This document shows positions 24,972 through 39,751 of a stretch of 64,000 nucleotides of DNA, in pieces (position 1 is the stretch's first letter; each line of letters starts with the position of its first letter). The notes below the pieces were generated by a model. That model did not search any database and was not told where the DNA came from. It saw only the letters and a list, made by a program, of their open reading frames with translations. The DNA comes from Eledone cirrhosa (taxonomy: Eukaryota). The stretch covers positions 269,328,001 to 269,392,000 of the forward strand of contig OZ024740.1 of assembly GCA_964016885.1 (NCBI GenBank), read 5' to 3'. Position numbers and translations under genes: made by a program.

Positions 24972-25039
24972 CATGGAACTCCTTTAACCATCTTTTGATC
25001 TTATATTATATATATATATTCATACATATATATATACAT

Positions 25040-25428
25040 CATCATTATCATCATTTTACGTCTGCTTTTCCCTGCTTGCAAGGGTGGGACGGGAACTGAT
25101 TCTGGCTTGATTTCTACATCTGGATGCCCTTCCTAACACCAGCCTCATTTATAGTGAGTGGTGGGTGCTTTTTTTCTGTGGCGCCTACACGTCCACTTTA
25201 CAGTGTGGGCTGGGTGGTTTTTTGCCGTTGCACCTCCACAACCACTTTGCAGTGGATGATAGGAACCCCAGTCCTATCATCTCATTTCTACAGCTGAGTA
25301 AACTGGAGCAATGTGAAATAAAGTGTCTTGTTCAAGGTGGAAACAACACATCACCCGGTCTGAGGATTGAACTCACAACCTTTCGATTAGAAGGCCAATG
25401 CTCTAACCACTAACCCATGTGCCTCCAC
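25040..25428 (-). mobile_element. tRNA-headed SINE with CORE-like domain and RTE-type 3' tail
   Basis: Minus strand: ggaggcacatgggttagtggttagagcatt..gagttcaatcc (A/B boxes), then cttgaacaagacactttatttcacattgctccag, then the LINE-like tail with (GAT)n. Confidence 0.7.
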
Positions 25429-25595
25429 GTACATATATATATAAATATATACATACATATACATATATAAACCTATATACATATACATATATATACACAT
25501 ATATATGTATACATATGTACTTCCATGCAAAATTACACTTGTTCACTCATACATATGTATAAATGATTTCTCATATATATACATATGTATATATA

Positions 25596-25987
25596 CGAGG
25601 GTAATCCCAAAAGTAGGGTCTCCAAAGCAATGGGGACGCAGAGAAACTGTTCATATGGCTGTTGGCAACACTGTTGTGATTGGTGCTTCCTTCACTCCCA
25701 AACAAGCATGCACGCTCTTCGCTGGGATGCTCAATCTTGGCTTGGCAGCCGTTGAGAATGGAGCTCCCGTTGAACGCTACCTCCAAGTGCGAATTTCGCG
25801 CAGTCATTATATAGAGGGCAATCCCAAAAGTAAGGTCTCCTTACGAGGAAAAGATGCGTAAAGATCGGCGGATCACTCTGGATACTCTCTGCATTTTGGT
25901 TCCTGATGTTTCCCGAAGCACCATCCACAGGATTCTAACGGAAAAGTTGCAATATCGGAAGGAGACCTTACTTTTGTCATTGCCCTC
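25596..25987 (+). mobile_element. Mariner remnant with two left TIRs and one right TIR
   Basis: TA-cgagggtaatcccaaaagtagggtctcc (25596), gagggcaatcccaaaagtaaggtctcc (about 25815), reverse TIR 25961-25987. Transposase HTH fragment DRRITLD..VSRSTIHRILTEKLQYRK. Confidence 0.78.
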
Positions 25988-27731
25988 ATCATCAGCTTCA
26001 ACGTTTAACGTCCGTGTTCCACGCTTGCATGGGTTTGGACGGGGGTTTTCCCACTTGAGGCAAGAGTGATTGTCTTGCTCGCATAGGACTGTCTGGCAGG
26101 TTTTCTACAGCTGGATGCCCTTCCTAACACCAACCACATTTACAGTGTGGGGCTGGGAAGTTTTCACCGTGTTGCCTACACGGCCACATTACAGCGTGGA
26201 GTGTCTGGCAGGTTTTCTACAGCTGGATGCCCTTCCTAACACCAACCACATTTACAGTGTGGGGCCGGGAGGTTTTTACCGTGTTGCCTACACGGCCACA
26301 TTACAGCGTGGACTGTGTGTTTTTTTGTCGTGACACCTACACGATCTCATTTGTTTCGGCCTGAATGTTGTGGCACCAACATAACTTTACATTGAAGGGG
26401 CGGTGTGGATGGGGTGTGGGGGAGGGGGGGGGTGTATTTTGTTAGAGATGCCTACTGGCTGTAGTAGGTTTTACTTTGTATTTAGGTAAGGCGGGTCTTC
26501 TCTATTACTGAGTACCGCCAAATGTCTCGGTCCAGTGACATTGTCTTGGAGAGGTGTAAGCGTGTGAGGTCGGAATTTATCATGTCGTCCCAGGTTTTTC
26601 TGGGTCTGCCTATTCCGTGGCTACTGTCTATCTTTATTGCCCTGCACTTTGTTATACAGCTGTCGTCTTTCATGCGCATCACGTGACCGTACCAACGTAG
26701 CCTTCTCTCGAGTAAACAACATCTGATCCCTATTATTTCTAATTTTTTTCCTTAGTTCGCATATGCTTTGCCGTTCACGTATGTTACTATTGCACATCCA
26801 GCGGAGCATGCAAGCTTCGTTCCTCTCTAGTCTGCGTATATCCTCTGTACACAATGCCCAGGTCTCACTGCCATGCAACATTGCTGTTCGTATACAGGCA
26901 TCATACAACCTGCCTTTCATTCTTAGGGAGATCCCTTTAGTGGCTAATAGTGGTATAAGCTCTCTGAACTTTTTCCAACCAGTTCTGACTCTAGCTACTG
27001 TACTTTCAGAGCACCCTCCCCCACTGCTGATTTTGTCGCCCAGGTAACGGAAGCTGTCCACTATTTCTATAGAACCCTCTGCGCAATTGAAAGAGCTAGT
27101 ATTTTGTGGGCACTTGCTGCTACTTATTGCACCAGAGCACCGGCCACATGTAAAATCTATGTTCTTAGTTAGCTTACCTGTGATCCCACTACATCTTTTA
27201 TGCACCCATACTTTGCATTTGGGACATAAAATAGAGTTTCTACCTACGCCTTTCCTACACACTGAGCATGGCCATTTCCCGGAAGGGACCGGCGCCTTAT
27301 TTTCTTTCCTACAAACTAGAACTTTAGTCTTAGCCAGGTTAATTTTAAGGCCTTTTGATTCTAGGCCATGCTTCCATGTTTGGAATTTCTTCTCTAGCTC
27401 GGCCATTGATTCAGCTATGAGCGTTAGATCATCTGCGTATAGGTGTTCCCATGGGCAGCCGGTCTTGAACTCCTCTGTTATAGCCTGCAGGGCAATAATA
27501 AATAGTAGGGGGCTAAGAACAGAGCCCTGATGGACACCAACTTTTACGCTAAACTCTTCACTATATTCGTTGTTAATTCTAACCTTGCTGACTGTTTCTT
27601 TATACATGGCTTGTATAGCTCTCACAAGCCATTCGTCAACACCTAGTTTTCTAAGAGCCCACCAGATAATGGAACGGGGGACTCTGTCGAAGGCTTTCTC
27701 CAAGTCAACAAAAGCTAAGTATAGGGGTTTA
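25986..27731 (-). mobile_element. 5'-truncated young RTE LINE
   Basis: ORF 26621..27931 (AFVDLEKAFD..GVHQGSVLSP..YADD) is near-identical to 49745..52723. About 110-bp tandem duplication in the 3' UTR (26090-26312). Confidence 0.95.
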
Positions 27732-28679
27732 ATATATAAGAAATAATTTATACATATGTATGTATGTGTGTGTGTGAACAAGTGTAATTTTGCATGGAAG
27801 TAAGATATGGGAAGTAAATGCAGAGTATATGAGATGGCTGAAGAGAAATGAAGCAAGCATGCTTCTGTGGAATTTACATGATGAGTGGAACATGGAGGAT
27901 CTGAAAAAAAAATGGGAGTAAGAGGAATCAACTGTAGTTTTCAAGAGAAACGTCTGTGCTGGTGTGGACATGTGAAACTTATGGATGATGATCATTGGGT
28001 GAAGATGTGTCAAGACTTAAAAGTAATGATGATGCTGATGCAAATGATGATGAAACCAAAAGGCTGAATGCAAATTTGACCTTAATGGGATTTGAACTCA
28101 GAAGATAAGATTCAAGAGAGAACAAATATCACAATGCATTTTATTTCTCATTAATGGTTCTGCTAGTCCACTGCCGTTGCTAAATTAATTTGATTGATTT
28201 TGAGGAAATAACTGAATGACCGTAGGATATTTATTTGACTGACAATTTCGAAAACTGCATTTCTCAAATACTTTACAGTTACCTGGATATAGTAATTTAA
28301 ATTTCAATTCTTATAAAAATGTTGATTCAACTTTCAATTTTTTTTTCCCTCTAGTGAGATATTCTAAATTATTTAAAAAATATGCTTTCAAAATTGGTGA
28401 TTGTGGCAGACAAAATTGTGCATGATGTGGGGGGAAGCTTTTGAAAATTGAAACCACATTCAAACAACAATCTAAATACAATAGAATCTTGAATTTTAAT
28501 CCATAAAATTGATGTCAGTTTGAAAATGTATTCATGATTCAAGTTAGAGTTGGATTTCAAAACATAACCATACTTTGCACATTTTGGTCTTTAAAAATAT
28601 TTCAGTTTTGTTAATTTAGAATTTAATAGAATTCATCATCTCTGCTAATGGCTCAATAATCTTCATAACAACAATAACA

Positions 28680-28886
28680 TTAACCTTTTAGCATTTAAAT
28701 CAGCCATATCTGGCCAGAATTATTTCATCTCTTTCTGTTTAAACTGGTTGTAACCGACTGCTCATACTGATGTTAAGTTATTGTTCTCAAACTAAATAAT
28801 AACAAAATTTCATAGATTCGATATTATTTGAGACACCATGAAAATATAATGGTAAATATATAGTAATGTAAATCCTAAAGGGTTAA
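28680..28886. mobile_element. piggyBac-type MITE (TTAA ends)
   Basis: ttaaccttttagcattta ... taaatcctaaagggttaa. Second copy at 37743-37914. Confidence 0.65.
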
Positions 28887-29104
28887 AGAAAGAACAATTG
28901 TTCAAACACCTAAGAATATTGATAAATTATTAAAATTGGTAAATTGTTATGTCTGAAATTGGTAACAAACTGCTGACTTTTATTACTTAGAGATACAACA
29001 CCATGTTTAGGAGGGACAGGATATGAAATTGTGTGTTATACATAATTGCATTTATTAATGATAATTAATTGAAATTGTTTTAATATCAGTATCAAACTGA
29101 ATAA

Positions 29105-29985
29105 TAGATGCTTGGCTCTAGATTATAACATAGATATTTGCTTTTAGTTTATGCCCGATAGATGCCTGCCTCTAGATTGGGCACAGTAGATGATTGATTC
29201 TTGATTATAGCCAGTAAATGCTTGACTATGGATTATTCTCAGCAGGTGCCTCAAGATTAGGATCAGTGAATGCTTGTGTTTAGATTAGACTTGTTATATG
29301 CTTATGTTTAAATTAGGCACATGTGCTTGGTTTTATATTAGATTGATTAAATGCTTGCCTTTAGATTAAGCTCAGGAAATATTTAGACTAGGCTCAGTGA
29401 ATGCTTGCTTCTAGATAAAGCATAGTATATATTTACTTTGCAATCAAGCTCATTAGATGCTTGCCTCTAAATTAGGAAAATTAAATGTGTGCCTCAGTAG
29501 AAACTTGGTTTTCGAATCAAATGTATAATTACTTACTTCTAGATTAGGCTTAACAGATGCTAGTCTTTATATTATTTTCATTATATGCTATCCATTATAT
29601 TAGACTCAATAGATATTAGTTTTCATGTTAAACTTAGTAAATGCTCAAGATTAGGATTGATAAATGTTTACATCTAGATAAGGCTCAGTATTAAGATATA
29701 CAGATGCTAGATTAGGCGCAATAGATATTTTCCTTTAGATTAAACATAATAAAAGCTTGCCTTTATATTAGGCACAGCATGTACTTGTTTTGTATTTAGG
29801 CTCAGTAGATAGCTTCTAGATTTGGCTCGATAAAAATTTGTCTTTAGATAAAGCTTAGTAGATGCTTGTTTTGAGATGAGGCTCAGTAGATGCTAACCCC
29901 AAGATTAGTCTCAGTAGATGCTTGCCTCAACATTAGACTTAATATATGTTGGCTTTTAGATTAGACTGAGTGGATTCTTGCTACT
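29105..29985 (+). repeat. Old degenerate about 28-bp minisatellite (tagattaggctcagtagatgcttgcctc)
   Basis: About 30 diverged units recognisable by recurring agatt/ctcagta/atgcttg. Confidence 0.8.
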
Positions 29986-31179
29986 AAATTAAGAATGATA
30001 AAGTAGCAGAAAGAAAGCAATAGAAATATGTCATTGATATGGAAGATCCTGCAATCTGATAAACTATTTGATCTCTCTGTTTATTTCAGACTAAGTATTG
30101 AAAAAAAAATGTAATTATCAGGAATATGTCTCTCTGATATTTTTATCCCAGCAAATTTGACATAAGAAACTGATTTAATAAAAATTTCTGTTAGGTGTAG
30201 AAACAATTTAATATGACTGCTGGTAGTTATGTCCACTGAAAATGCATTTTGCTAACAAACTTAATCAGCAATACTTTCACAGTATGTTGTTATAAATAAA
30301 AGAAGCAGGAATATTTTTTACAGACTTTAGGTGACATCATTATTATCTGACTACCATCATTAACATTAGACTGCTTCTGAACAAAGAATCATTCTTAGTC
30401 AGTACTGATAGAATAACTGAATGCCAAGAAAGAAATTGTATTGATCCTGACAAAATAAGCCTCAATCTGGCTCTTAAAAGTATTCATTTGCACATTGTAT
30501 ATTGAATTAGAAAGAAAGAAATAATCATCAAAAGACTCTAATATAACATATTCTGACAGAATATTTTACTAGTTTATGAGTCAAGTTTGTTCTATGTGGT
30601 TGTTGAAATGCTAGAAATGGTAACCAAGTCTCTCTCAAATCACATCAACCATCTTAGTAAAACAGGAGGTTGCATCGAAAAATGTATGCTTCAATAAAAG
30701 TAAGGCTGGTCATGGCAGAAATATGATCATAGATCTGCTAGAGCAGGTTTGGTCTATACTAAATAACAACAGAATAGATTATGTTTTTCCTTGAGATATT
30801 TAACTAGTCAAGTGACTAGTTCATCAGACTGCTAGCACATGGTAGAGGTTTCATATCCCATCAGCAACACTGTATTATGATCTAGGACAAAATGCTTAAA
30901 TCTCATCAGTGTTGTTCAATAAATTATGAATTAGTAACATGGAGCAATGTGTAGCATATATGATTTTATAGGAGATTGTTGAAGGGTGTAGAGGAAGTAG
31001 AAGTAGTGTAGCTTATTTCATCAGGCTGACTTGTCCTATGTACATTACATAAAGACAAAAACTTCTGGGATACCTCAACAACAAAATAGATTATGTGACT
31101 CCTAAACATTAGATGCAATAGAAAATAGTAAAGAGAGGAGATTTGTTTCATTACACATAATTGAATATCTTACGGGTAA

Positions 31180-31201
31180 TCAATTTATCAGTCTCAAAGT
31201 G
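31180..31201 (-). CDS. Probable last coding exon of the host gene (S)TLRLIN*
   Basis: Strong acceptor tttttgttttctttcttcacttcag. Phase 2 matches the upstream exon and gives TGA. A gtaaga donor at 31173 would alternatively give a 28-nt exon. Confidence 0.5.
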
Positions 31202-32523
31202 CTGAAGTGAAGAAAGAAAACAAAAATAAATAAATGTTTCTGAAGTGATTTGAACTGGAAAGTGAGTAAGACGAAAGTAATTACTGAAATTCATTTAATC
31301 CTGTGCTCTCCTCTGTCAGACAACTTTATTGCTGTTATTATATGAACATAACAAAAAAGAGAAAAAAAAAGGAAATTATATCTACTAGGTATTTTCTAAT
31401 GTATTTATAAAATATTAAATAGCTTTAGATTAATATCTAATTCAACTATCTCTAGAATTGAATAGTTTTTATGAGTTATGAAGGTAAAAAAAAAAGAAGA
31501 CAAAAATCATTCAGGTTCTAACACATATATTATATTAAATTGCACCTACAAATCATAAAAAGACAAAATCTAAAGGAAAAAATATCACAAATATTCATCT
31601 AATGTATAGGTTAAAAATCGTAATTTTTACACTGTGAAAATGCAACGTTGTGGTATTTTTAATTCTTCACAACTTTTTTAGACAAATATAATTTTGTTTA
31701 AAAATAAAAAAAATCACAAAGCAGTTCTTTAGAAAATACTTTTAAAAAGCAAAAAGACGCATTTTAGGTTCCAACAATTTAACTGACACCCTGTTGGGGC
31801 ACATATATGAATAAATAAATACATTAATAGTCTGTGGTACTGGGACTGGAAAGGCCACAAATAAATGAAGTACTTGATACATAGTAAGATGCAGAGTGGG
31901 TATATTAGTAAAAGTTGAGCTTAGCAGTTTCAGCTAGTTACCTCTTAAAGTATGTGTGTGTGTATTCGTAATTATAGCTAAGCGACGAGACTTGTTACTC
32001 TAGAGTTTCATCTGCATACTCAAAAGAACATATATATGATCAAAGGATGAAGTGTCAGAAGATGCCAGTGGAAGGAAGCTACAGTACAGGTAGACAATGA
32101 AATAAATGGGCCGAAGTGGTAAGAGCTGACCCGAAATCACTGAGACTCACAGAAGAAATGTCAAGGGAACGCAATGAGGAGAAAGACCTGTCTAACCCAT
32201 GCCAAGATGGAAAACAGTCATGATGATGATATATATATATATATACATGCTGCTCTTACACAGTCTGTAAAATACAACAACATTGTGTGAGCAAAATATT
32301 ACATAATTAGATTACAGAATTACATAATTCGCTGTTTAATAAACAGTTGGATATCAACAACCACAATCGTCCATGTAATTATGAGAAGCATCCAGCTGTA
32401 GAAACCAAGCCAAAATCAGTTCTATAAGCAAAAAATGGTCACCTGATCTGGCATTTCTCACAACAGGACAACTCGTCTAATCCAAGCTAGTGTGGAAAAA
32501 TGGATGTTAAACTGTGATGATGA

Positions 32524-32567
<44 letters not shown>

Positions 32568-32743
32568 AGTAATAATAATAAATTTGAAGACTAAAATCCA
32601 AAGAGGCTCGATAAGGACAAATATATATCAGATATATAAGAATCGTAGAGCAAATATGTTATGTTATACCATTACTTATTTGTATAGGTAAGTATATTTT
32701 ACCTGTATGTTTTATGAAGGTACGTATACTTTCTCGGACATAT

Positions 32744-35190
32744 ATGGTGGTGGAACAGTAAGGTGGAGGAGTCAATTAAGGCCAAAAAGCAGGCTTGGAA
32801 AGTATGGCGGGATGGGGGAAGTAGAAAAGACTATCAAGTGGCCAGGAGGGAAGCTAGGAGACAAGTGTACTTCGCAAGAAGGGAAGCAGAGGAAAGAAAG
32901 TTCAAGCATGTTCACAACGTGAGGACCAAAAACGTGAGGTGTTCAGGATTGCTAGGCAATGTGTCAAGGAAAACCGTGATATTGTCGGGGAGAAGTGTGT
33001 ACTTAATGATGATGGCGTACTTTCCATCACTGACGCTGATAAGAAGGTAGCTTGGAAGTGTCACTACGAAAGGCTTTTAAATGAGGAGAATAAATGGGAG
33101 AAAGACAGTCTCCCCCACATCGACCCAATAGAGGGACCGGCAGTGTTAGTCGAAGGTAGTATAATAAGTAAGGCAATCAAAGATATGAAGATGGGTAAGG
33201 AAGCTGGGCCTTCGGAAATAGTTGCTGAGATGCTGAAAGCCTCTGGAACGGTGGGATACACCATGGTCACCCGGATAGTAAACCAAGTCATACAGAATGG
33301 GGTTGTTCCGAAGGACTGGCGTAGCAGCATCATCATTAACTGTTACAAGGGTAAAGGAGATGCCCTAGAAAAGAGTAACTATAGAGGCATTAAATTAATC
33401 GACCAGGTCATGAAGGTCACGGAAAAAGTAATAGCGCAACTAATCAGAGAGAGAATTGATCTAGATGAAATGCAGTTCGGTTTTGTGTCAGGCAAAAGTA
33501 CCACATACGCTCTTTTCATTGTACGACAACTACAGGAGAAGTACCTAGCTAAAAGTAAACCCCTATACTTAGCTTTTGTTGACTTGGAGAAAGCCTTCGA
33601 CAGAGTCCCCCGTTCAATTATCTGGTGGGCTCTTAGAAAACTAGGTGTTGACGAATGGCTTGTGAGAGCTATACAAGCCATGTATAAAGAAACAGTCAGC
33701 AAGGTTAGAATTAACAACGAATATAGTGAAGAGTTTAGTGTAAAAGTTGGTGTTCATCAGGGCTCTGTTCTTAGCCCCCTACTATTTATTATTGCCCTTC
33801 AGGCCATAACAGTGGAGTTCAAGACCGGCTGCCCATGGGAACTCCTATACACAGATGATCTAACGCTCATAACTGAATCAATGGCCGAGCTAGAGAAGAA
33901 ATTCCAAACATAGAAGCACGGCCTAGAATCAAAAGGCCTTAAAATTTACCTGGCTAAGACTAAAGTTTTAGTTTGTAGGAAAGAAAATAAGGCGCCGGTC
34001 CCTTCCGGGAAATGGCCATGCTCAGTGTGTAGGAAAGGCATAGGTAGAAACTCCATTTTATGTCCCAAATGCAAAGTATGGGTGCATAAAAGATGTAGTG
34101 GGATCACAGGTAAGCTAACTAAGAACATAGATTTTACATGTGGCCGGTGCTCTGGTGCAATAAGTAACAGCAAGTGCCCAAAAAATACTAGCTCTTTCAA
34201 TTGCGCAGAGGGTTCTATAGAAATAGTGGACAGCTTCCGTTACCTGGGTGACAAAATCAGCAGTGGGGGAGGGTGCTCTGAAAGTACAGTAGCTAGAGTC
34301 AGAACTGGATGGAAAAAGTTCAGAGAGCTTATACCACTATTAGCCGCTAAAGGGTTCTCCCTAAAAATGAAAGGCAGGTTGTATGATGCCTGCATACGAA
34401 CAGCAATGTTGCATGGCAGTGAAACCTGGCTATTGTGTGCAGAGGATATACGCAGACTAGAGAGGAACGAAGCTTGCATGCTCCGCTGGATGTGTAATAG
34501 TAATATACGTGAACGGCAAAGCATAAACGAACTAATGAACAAATTAGAAATAAGAGGGATCAGATGTTGTTTACTCGAGAGAAGGCTACGTTGGTATGGT
34601 CACGTGATGCGCATGAAAGACGACAGCTGTATAACAAAGTGCAGGGCAATAAAGATAGACGATAGCCACGGAGTAGGCAGACCCAGAAAAACCTGGGACG
34701 AGCTGATAAATTCCGACCTCACACACTTACACCTCTCCAAGACAATATCACTGGACCGAGACCTTTGGCGGTACTCAGTAATAGAGAAGACCCGCCTTAC
34801 CTAAATACAAAGTAAAACCTACTACAGTCAGTAGGCATCTCTAACAAAATACACTCCCGTCCCACCTCCCCCACCCCATCCACACCGCCCCTTTCAATGT
34901 AAAGTTATGTTGGTGCCACAACATCCAGGCCGAAACAAATGAGATCGTGTAGGTATCACAACAAAAAAACACACAGTCCACGCTGTAATGTGGTCGTGTA
35001 GCCAACACGGTAAAAACCTCCCAGCCCCACACCGTAAATGTGGTTGGTGTTAGGAAGGGCATCCAGCTGTAGAAAACCCGCCAGACAGTCCTATGCGGGC
35101 AAGACAATCACTCTTGCCTCAAGTGGGAAAACTCCCGTCCAAACCCATGCAGGCGTGGAATACGGATGTTAAACGATGATGATGATGATG
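32744..35190 (+). mobile_element. 5'-truncated young RTE LINE (frameshift and stop)
   Basis: ORFs 32763..33050, 32939..33913 and 34025..34804 are near-identical to the full copy; (GAT)n tail. Confidence 0.95.
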
Positions 35191-35698
<508 letters not shown>

Positions 35699-36533
35699 GG
35701 CCATCCAAAATTACCGGGAGAGATGACCCCTCAGCCTTTGTCAAGGCAGAATTCTAGGAGAAGGAAAACTCTGATATAACACCTGCAACCCAGATGGTAT
35801 CCAATGATGTTGACTTGTACTTCTTTTTGGTAAATATCATCTTGGTTAAGAGAGTGGGACTGGCTTTGTGCAGTGCCTTTGCTCATTATAAAGGCTTCAC
35901 GGCACAGGCATTGCTTTATATCTGGAGATCTCTCTGCACTTGTCGTCACATGGTACCATGGGCCCAGCACTATGTGTCAATAATTGTCACAGGTGTACTG
36001 TTGTACTAAAGTTTTCAAGTCGCTAGCTGGACTAAAATGTCACACTTGTTCAGCGCATCAGTATGGGTTCTCCTACATGGATATAAAGTAGTGGCCGTAC
36101 TCGAAAACGAGTTGGCAGCCACCATATATATATATATACACACACACACGTTCACATACACTGGTATACACATAAATGCACAGTCATACACACATATCTG
36201 TGACATAGACACACAGAGAAATGTCTAATGAAGATAATATCTGTTGCTTTTATTTCTATGCCATTCAAGAGTGGGTATGCTTGTCTGTATGTGTATGTAT
36301 ATGTGTGTGTGTGTGTATAAACTGGAAGTGATAAAATTTACACAAACAGTTTAAATAGACTTAATTTAGCGATTGATAAGCATCGTTAGAATCTAATTGT
36401 AATGAAATGTCAAAATTCAAACTCTATGCTTCTTATGATTTCATCCTTACATTAGATTCATATCATTAACTGCTGTAATCAATGCTATATATCTGAAAAA
36501 TTAGAGATTGTTCATGACATCCAAAGATACTAT

Positions 36534-36790
36534 TACCATATATACTTGAATATAAACTAATGTAAATCTAAGCCAACTCTGCTGTTTTATTTCTGAGAAA
36601 TGAGCAAAAATCTTAACCTTATTTGTAAAATTTGAAGTTGGTGAAAATTATCAGAATAGTTACCCCAAATATAAGCCATGCTACTTCTACCGTCGATTTA
36701 ATGGTCACATATACCTTGGCTTATATTTGAGTATATACAGAGTATATATATAGTCCCACCCTTATATTTGAGTATATACAAGTATATATA
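36534..36790. mobile_element. Tc2/pogo-type MITE remnant
   Basis: taccatatatacttgaatataa ... cttatatttgagtatata (duplicated end). Smaller copy at about 57249-57342. Confidence 0.5.
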
Positions 36791-36920
36791 TAGTCCCATC
36801 CTTGCAAGCAGGGAAAAAGTAGACGTAAAATGAAATGAAAAATGATGATGACAGAACTCATTGTAAGCAATATGAAAGGAAGAAAACAAAATGACGAAGA
36901 TTTACACAACCATAACTTAC

Positions 36921-36962
36921 CTTGATGTAACTTTTATTATACTGGTGAGTGTATCTCGTACC
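36921..36962 (-). CDS. Host-gene internal exon, 42 nt, (W)VRDTLTSIIKVTS
   Basis: Acceptor tttgctttcctttttgttattttgcag, donor AAG|gtaagt; open in phase 2. Confidence 0.8.
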
Positions 36963-38339
36963 CTGCAAAATAACAAAAAGGAAAGCAAAAATATGAAATA
37001 GAATCCTTTTGATATATCCATAGATGTTTAGGCTAGCAGTTGTTCAGAATACAAATACAATATTTTTAAAGCACCAAATAAGCAAAACACATATGTGAGT
37101 AACCATCTCACATAATTATCATTATGATATATATATATATATTATGTCATTGTACTTATATATATATGTGCATGGTCTTGGATATATTTTGTCTAGGTAA
37201 TATTTACTCATGTATTATTGTATTTCTGCTCCTAAAAAAATTATTTTTAAAAATAATGTACGAAGCCAAACTTTTGGCTTTTTGAAGCACTGAGAATATA
37301 TGTATATATAAGTATAAAGAAAGGTCTCAAGCATAGAAATGCAATAATGATAGCTTATAAAATAGGGTGAATACCCTTAAAAGATGGAAAAAGAAGTTGC
37401 CATTGGTCACGAGCTGGCTTAAGGACCTAATGATGAGCTATTTTTCACATTCCTGTTGGCCTGTGCATTTGCCAGACAATACAATCAATATTTTGAGTAT
37501 TGATAAAATTATTATTTGTATATATATTTAACTATTGTTACATTTGTTAAATATCCATTCTGTATCTAAAGTGCACAACACTTACTGCCAGGTTCACACC
37601 CACTGTACCTGTACCACAGCGTTCCAAACTCCTCTCTACCACCATCATCTTCGTTAACAAATTCTCATATGTTTCCTTCAAATCAACAGAAGGTCCTACC
37701 AGAATTGACAGTAGCTCATTGCCTACGTGCAGTAAAACTCCTTTAACTCTCTAGCATATCCGGCCAGAATTCTCTCATCTCTTTTTGTTCAAACTGGTCA
37801 CTCATTATCAAAATCTCGTAGATTCCATATTGTGTGAGATAATTGTGTAAAATAAAGCCTTTACCATGAAAATATAATAGTAAATATAGAGTAATGTAAA
37901 TGCTAAAGGGTTAAGGCTAACTTTGGAGGAGTCCATGAATAATCACTATTCTAGATGGGGATCAATAGATAAAGCTATTATAATGCTGTTGACATCAGTA
38001 CATCCTACAAGGTTCCACTTCTTTGTAAAAATGGCTAAAAATGTTTATCATGATTTCTAAGTAAGCATACACTGGCATCATCAGCAAGCAAATTTCATTG
38101 TTGTAACTTTGACCCCAACAATTCTACTTTATTATTTGGCAGTGAATTGGCAGTATCGGTAGAGGGTCGGACGCCATGATTTGCAGCATAGAGTTACGGC
38201 CCTTGCCATTCTAAGTTCAAATCCCGCCGAGGTTAACTTTGCCTTTCATCCTTACGGGGTCGATAAAATAAAGTACCAGTAATACACTGGGAAATTGCTG
38301 GCCTTGTGCCAAAAGTAGAAACAATTATTTGGCAGCTCT

Positions 38340-38886
38340 AAATCTATGATGAGATTATCTAATTCACTTTATCTTATAATGTGTGGTATTTTTGTTGGAT
38401 ACCTTAAAGTTTGAATTGTTTGATGTTGAAGCTTCAAACTGCATTATTCAAGTCAGGGATTATTTCTGGAGGGACAGGTATAGGTAGTTCTTTGCTGTGA
38501 GATACAGGGCAACTGGCACAAGGGATATCAGGATAATCAACATTTTCTTTCCTCTTTATTTTAATGCATTTTCGAGCTGGTTGCACAATACAGAAGTAGC
38601 AATCATTTAAATGATTAGTTGGCTCATGCCCAACTATTAGCACTGAAAAAGGCCTTGCTTTTCTTTTCCTTTGCAACCATTGATCCAGGTTTATTACACA
38701 AGTATTGCAGCCCATATGTGGGACCCAATTCCTATCTTGGTCACCCACTTTGCACCCAAAATAAAGAAGGTAAGCCCTTCTAACAATATTTTTCATTGTT
38801 CGCTTTTGTGAAGTAATAGTTACTTTGCTATAAATATAACAAAAATTGTCCAGATTGTTTACAGAAGTACAAGACATTAATACCAA
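38340..38886 (-). mobile_element. DNA-transposon transposase N-terminal remnant (Chapaev3-like)
   Basis: ORF 38434..38886: FCYI..AYLLYFGCKVGDQDRNWVPH..C..C..EPTNH..DCYFC. Family assignment from memory of the motif. Confidence 0.55.
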
Positions 38887-39751
38887 GGTTATAATAGTAA
38901 AACTTGCCCTGATATATTGTGAATAGATCTGAAATACTGTTAGATTTGATTCATGAAAAGTAAATGATTAGGATAATGCAATATGAAAACATTATTACAT
39001 CATACTACTTCAAAAGAGTTGGCAACTCCTAGGGGATCCAACATAGGCAACAGTTGCATCATATAACTAACTTCTACTATACATAGTGACATTACTTGAT
39101 AAAGACAAGTTCTGTATTTTGTTCACACTCATTTAGTTGCCTGTGACCATTACATGTTCAGTGTAAAACACAAATTAACCATCATTGTTAGTAAGAAAAT
39201 ATTTAACGAAATTGTTTCAACTTTTTTTGTTCTACACTACTGGCAATGTCAACCCTCTAACCTTCTTTTTTTATTTTCGTTAAAAATGGAGAATACACCT
39301 ATGAGCTAAATCTTGAAAAAATACCTAAACTTAAAAAATGAGTATAATTTTCAAATTCAGAACCCCTAAATTAGCAATGTTATGGTAGATCAGTATTATC
39401 TAGTTCTTTTAGCTACATCTATGACTGATTATTTAAAGAAGCAATTCAAAGGTTGAAACAAAACCTAGAAACAAAAGGCCTTTGAGTACCAAAAGATATT
39501 GGTAAGTAAGAAAACAGGAACCTGCTGCTTTCAAGGAAATGAGCAATATGCAAAGAAAAATTTCATCAAATCTATCCAAGGTAAACTATGGGGCACAAGA
39601 GATGTAATGGTATCACAGGCAAGATAACAGAGAAAGGAGATTGTGAGTGTGGAAGATACACAGTAGTTACAGTAAGAACCCCAATGAAATACACTTGTTC
39701 TAATTAAAAGAAGATCCCATAAAAATTGTTGATAGTTCTTATTATCTAGAT

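Larger units (their letters stand above)
21826..25008 (-). mobile_element. Penelope-like element with about 700-bp inverted pseudo-LTRs, GIY-YIG ORF and inverted RT segment
   Basis: 21826-22545 is the reverse complement of about 24295-25008. ORF pieces are listed separately. HHR in both repeats; (TA)n flanks. Confidence 0.92.

Noticed and set aside
25345-25428. tRNA gene
   Set aside because: Degenerate cloverleaf continuing into a SINE body; it is a SINE head.
30790-30920. Two minus-strand CTGATGA motifs followed by hairpins
   Set aside because: GAAA is replaced (TAAA, ATAA) and there is no valid NUH/stem I; at best very decayed.
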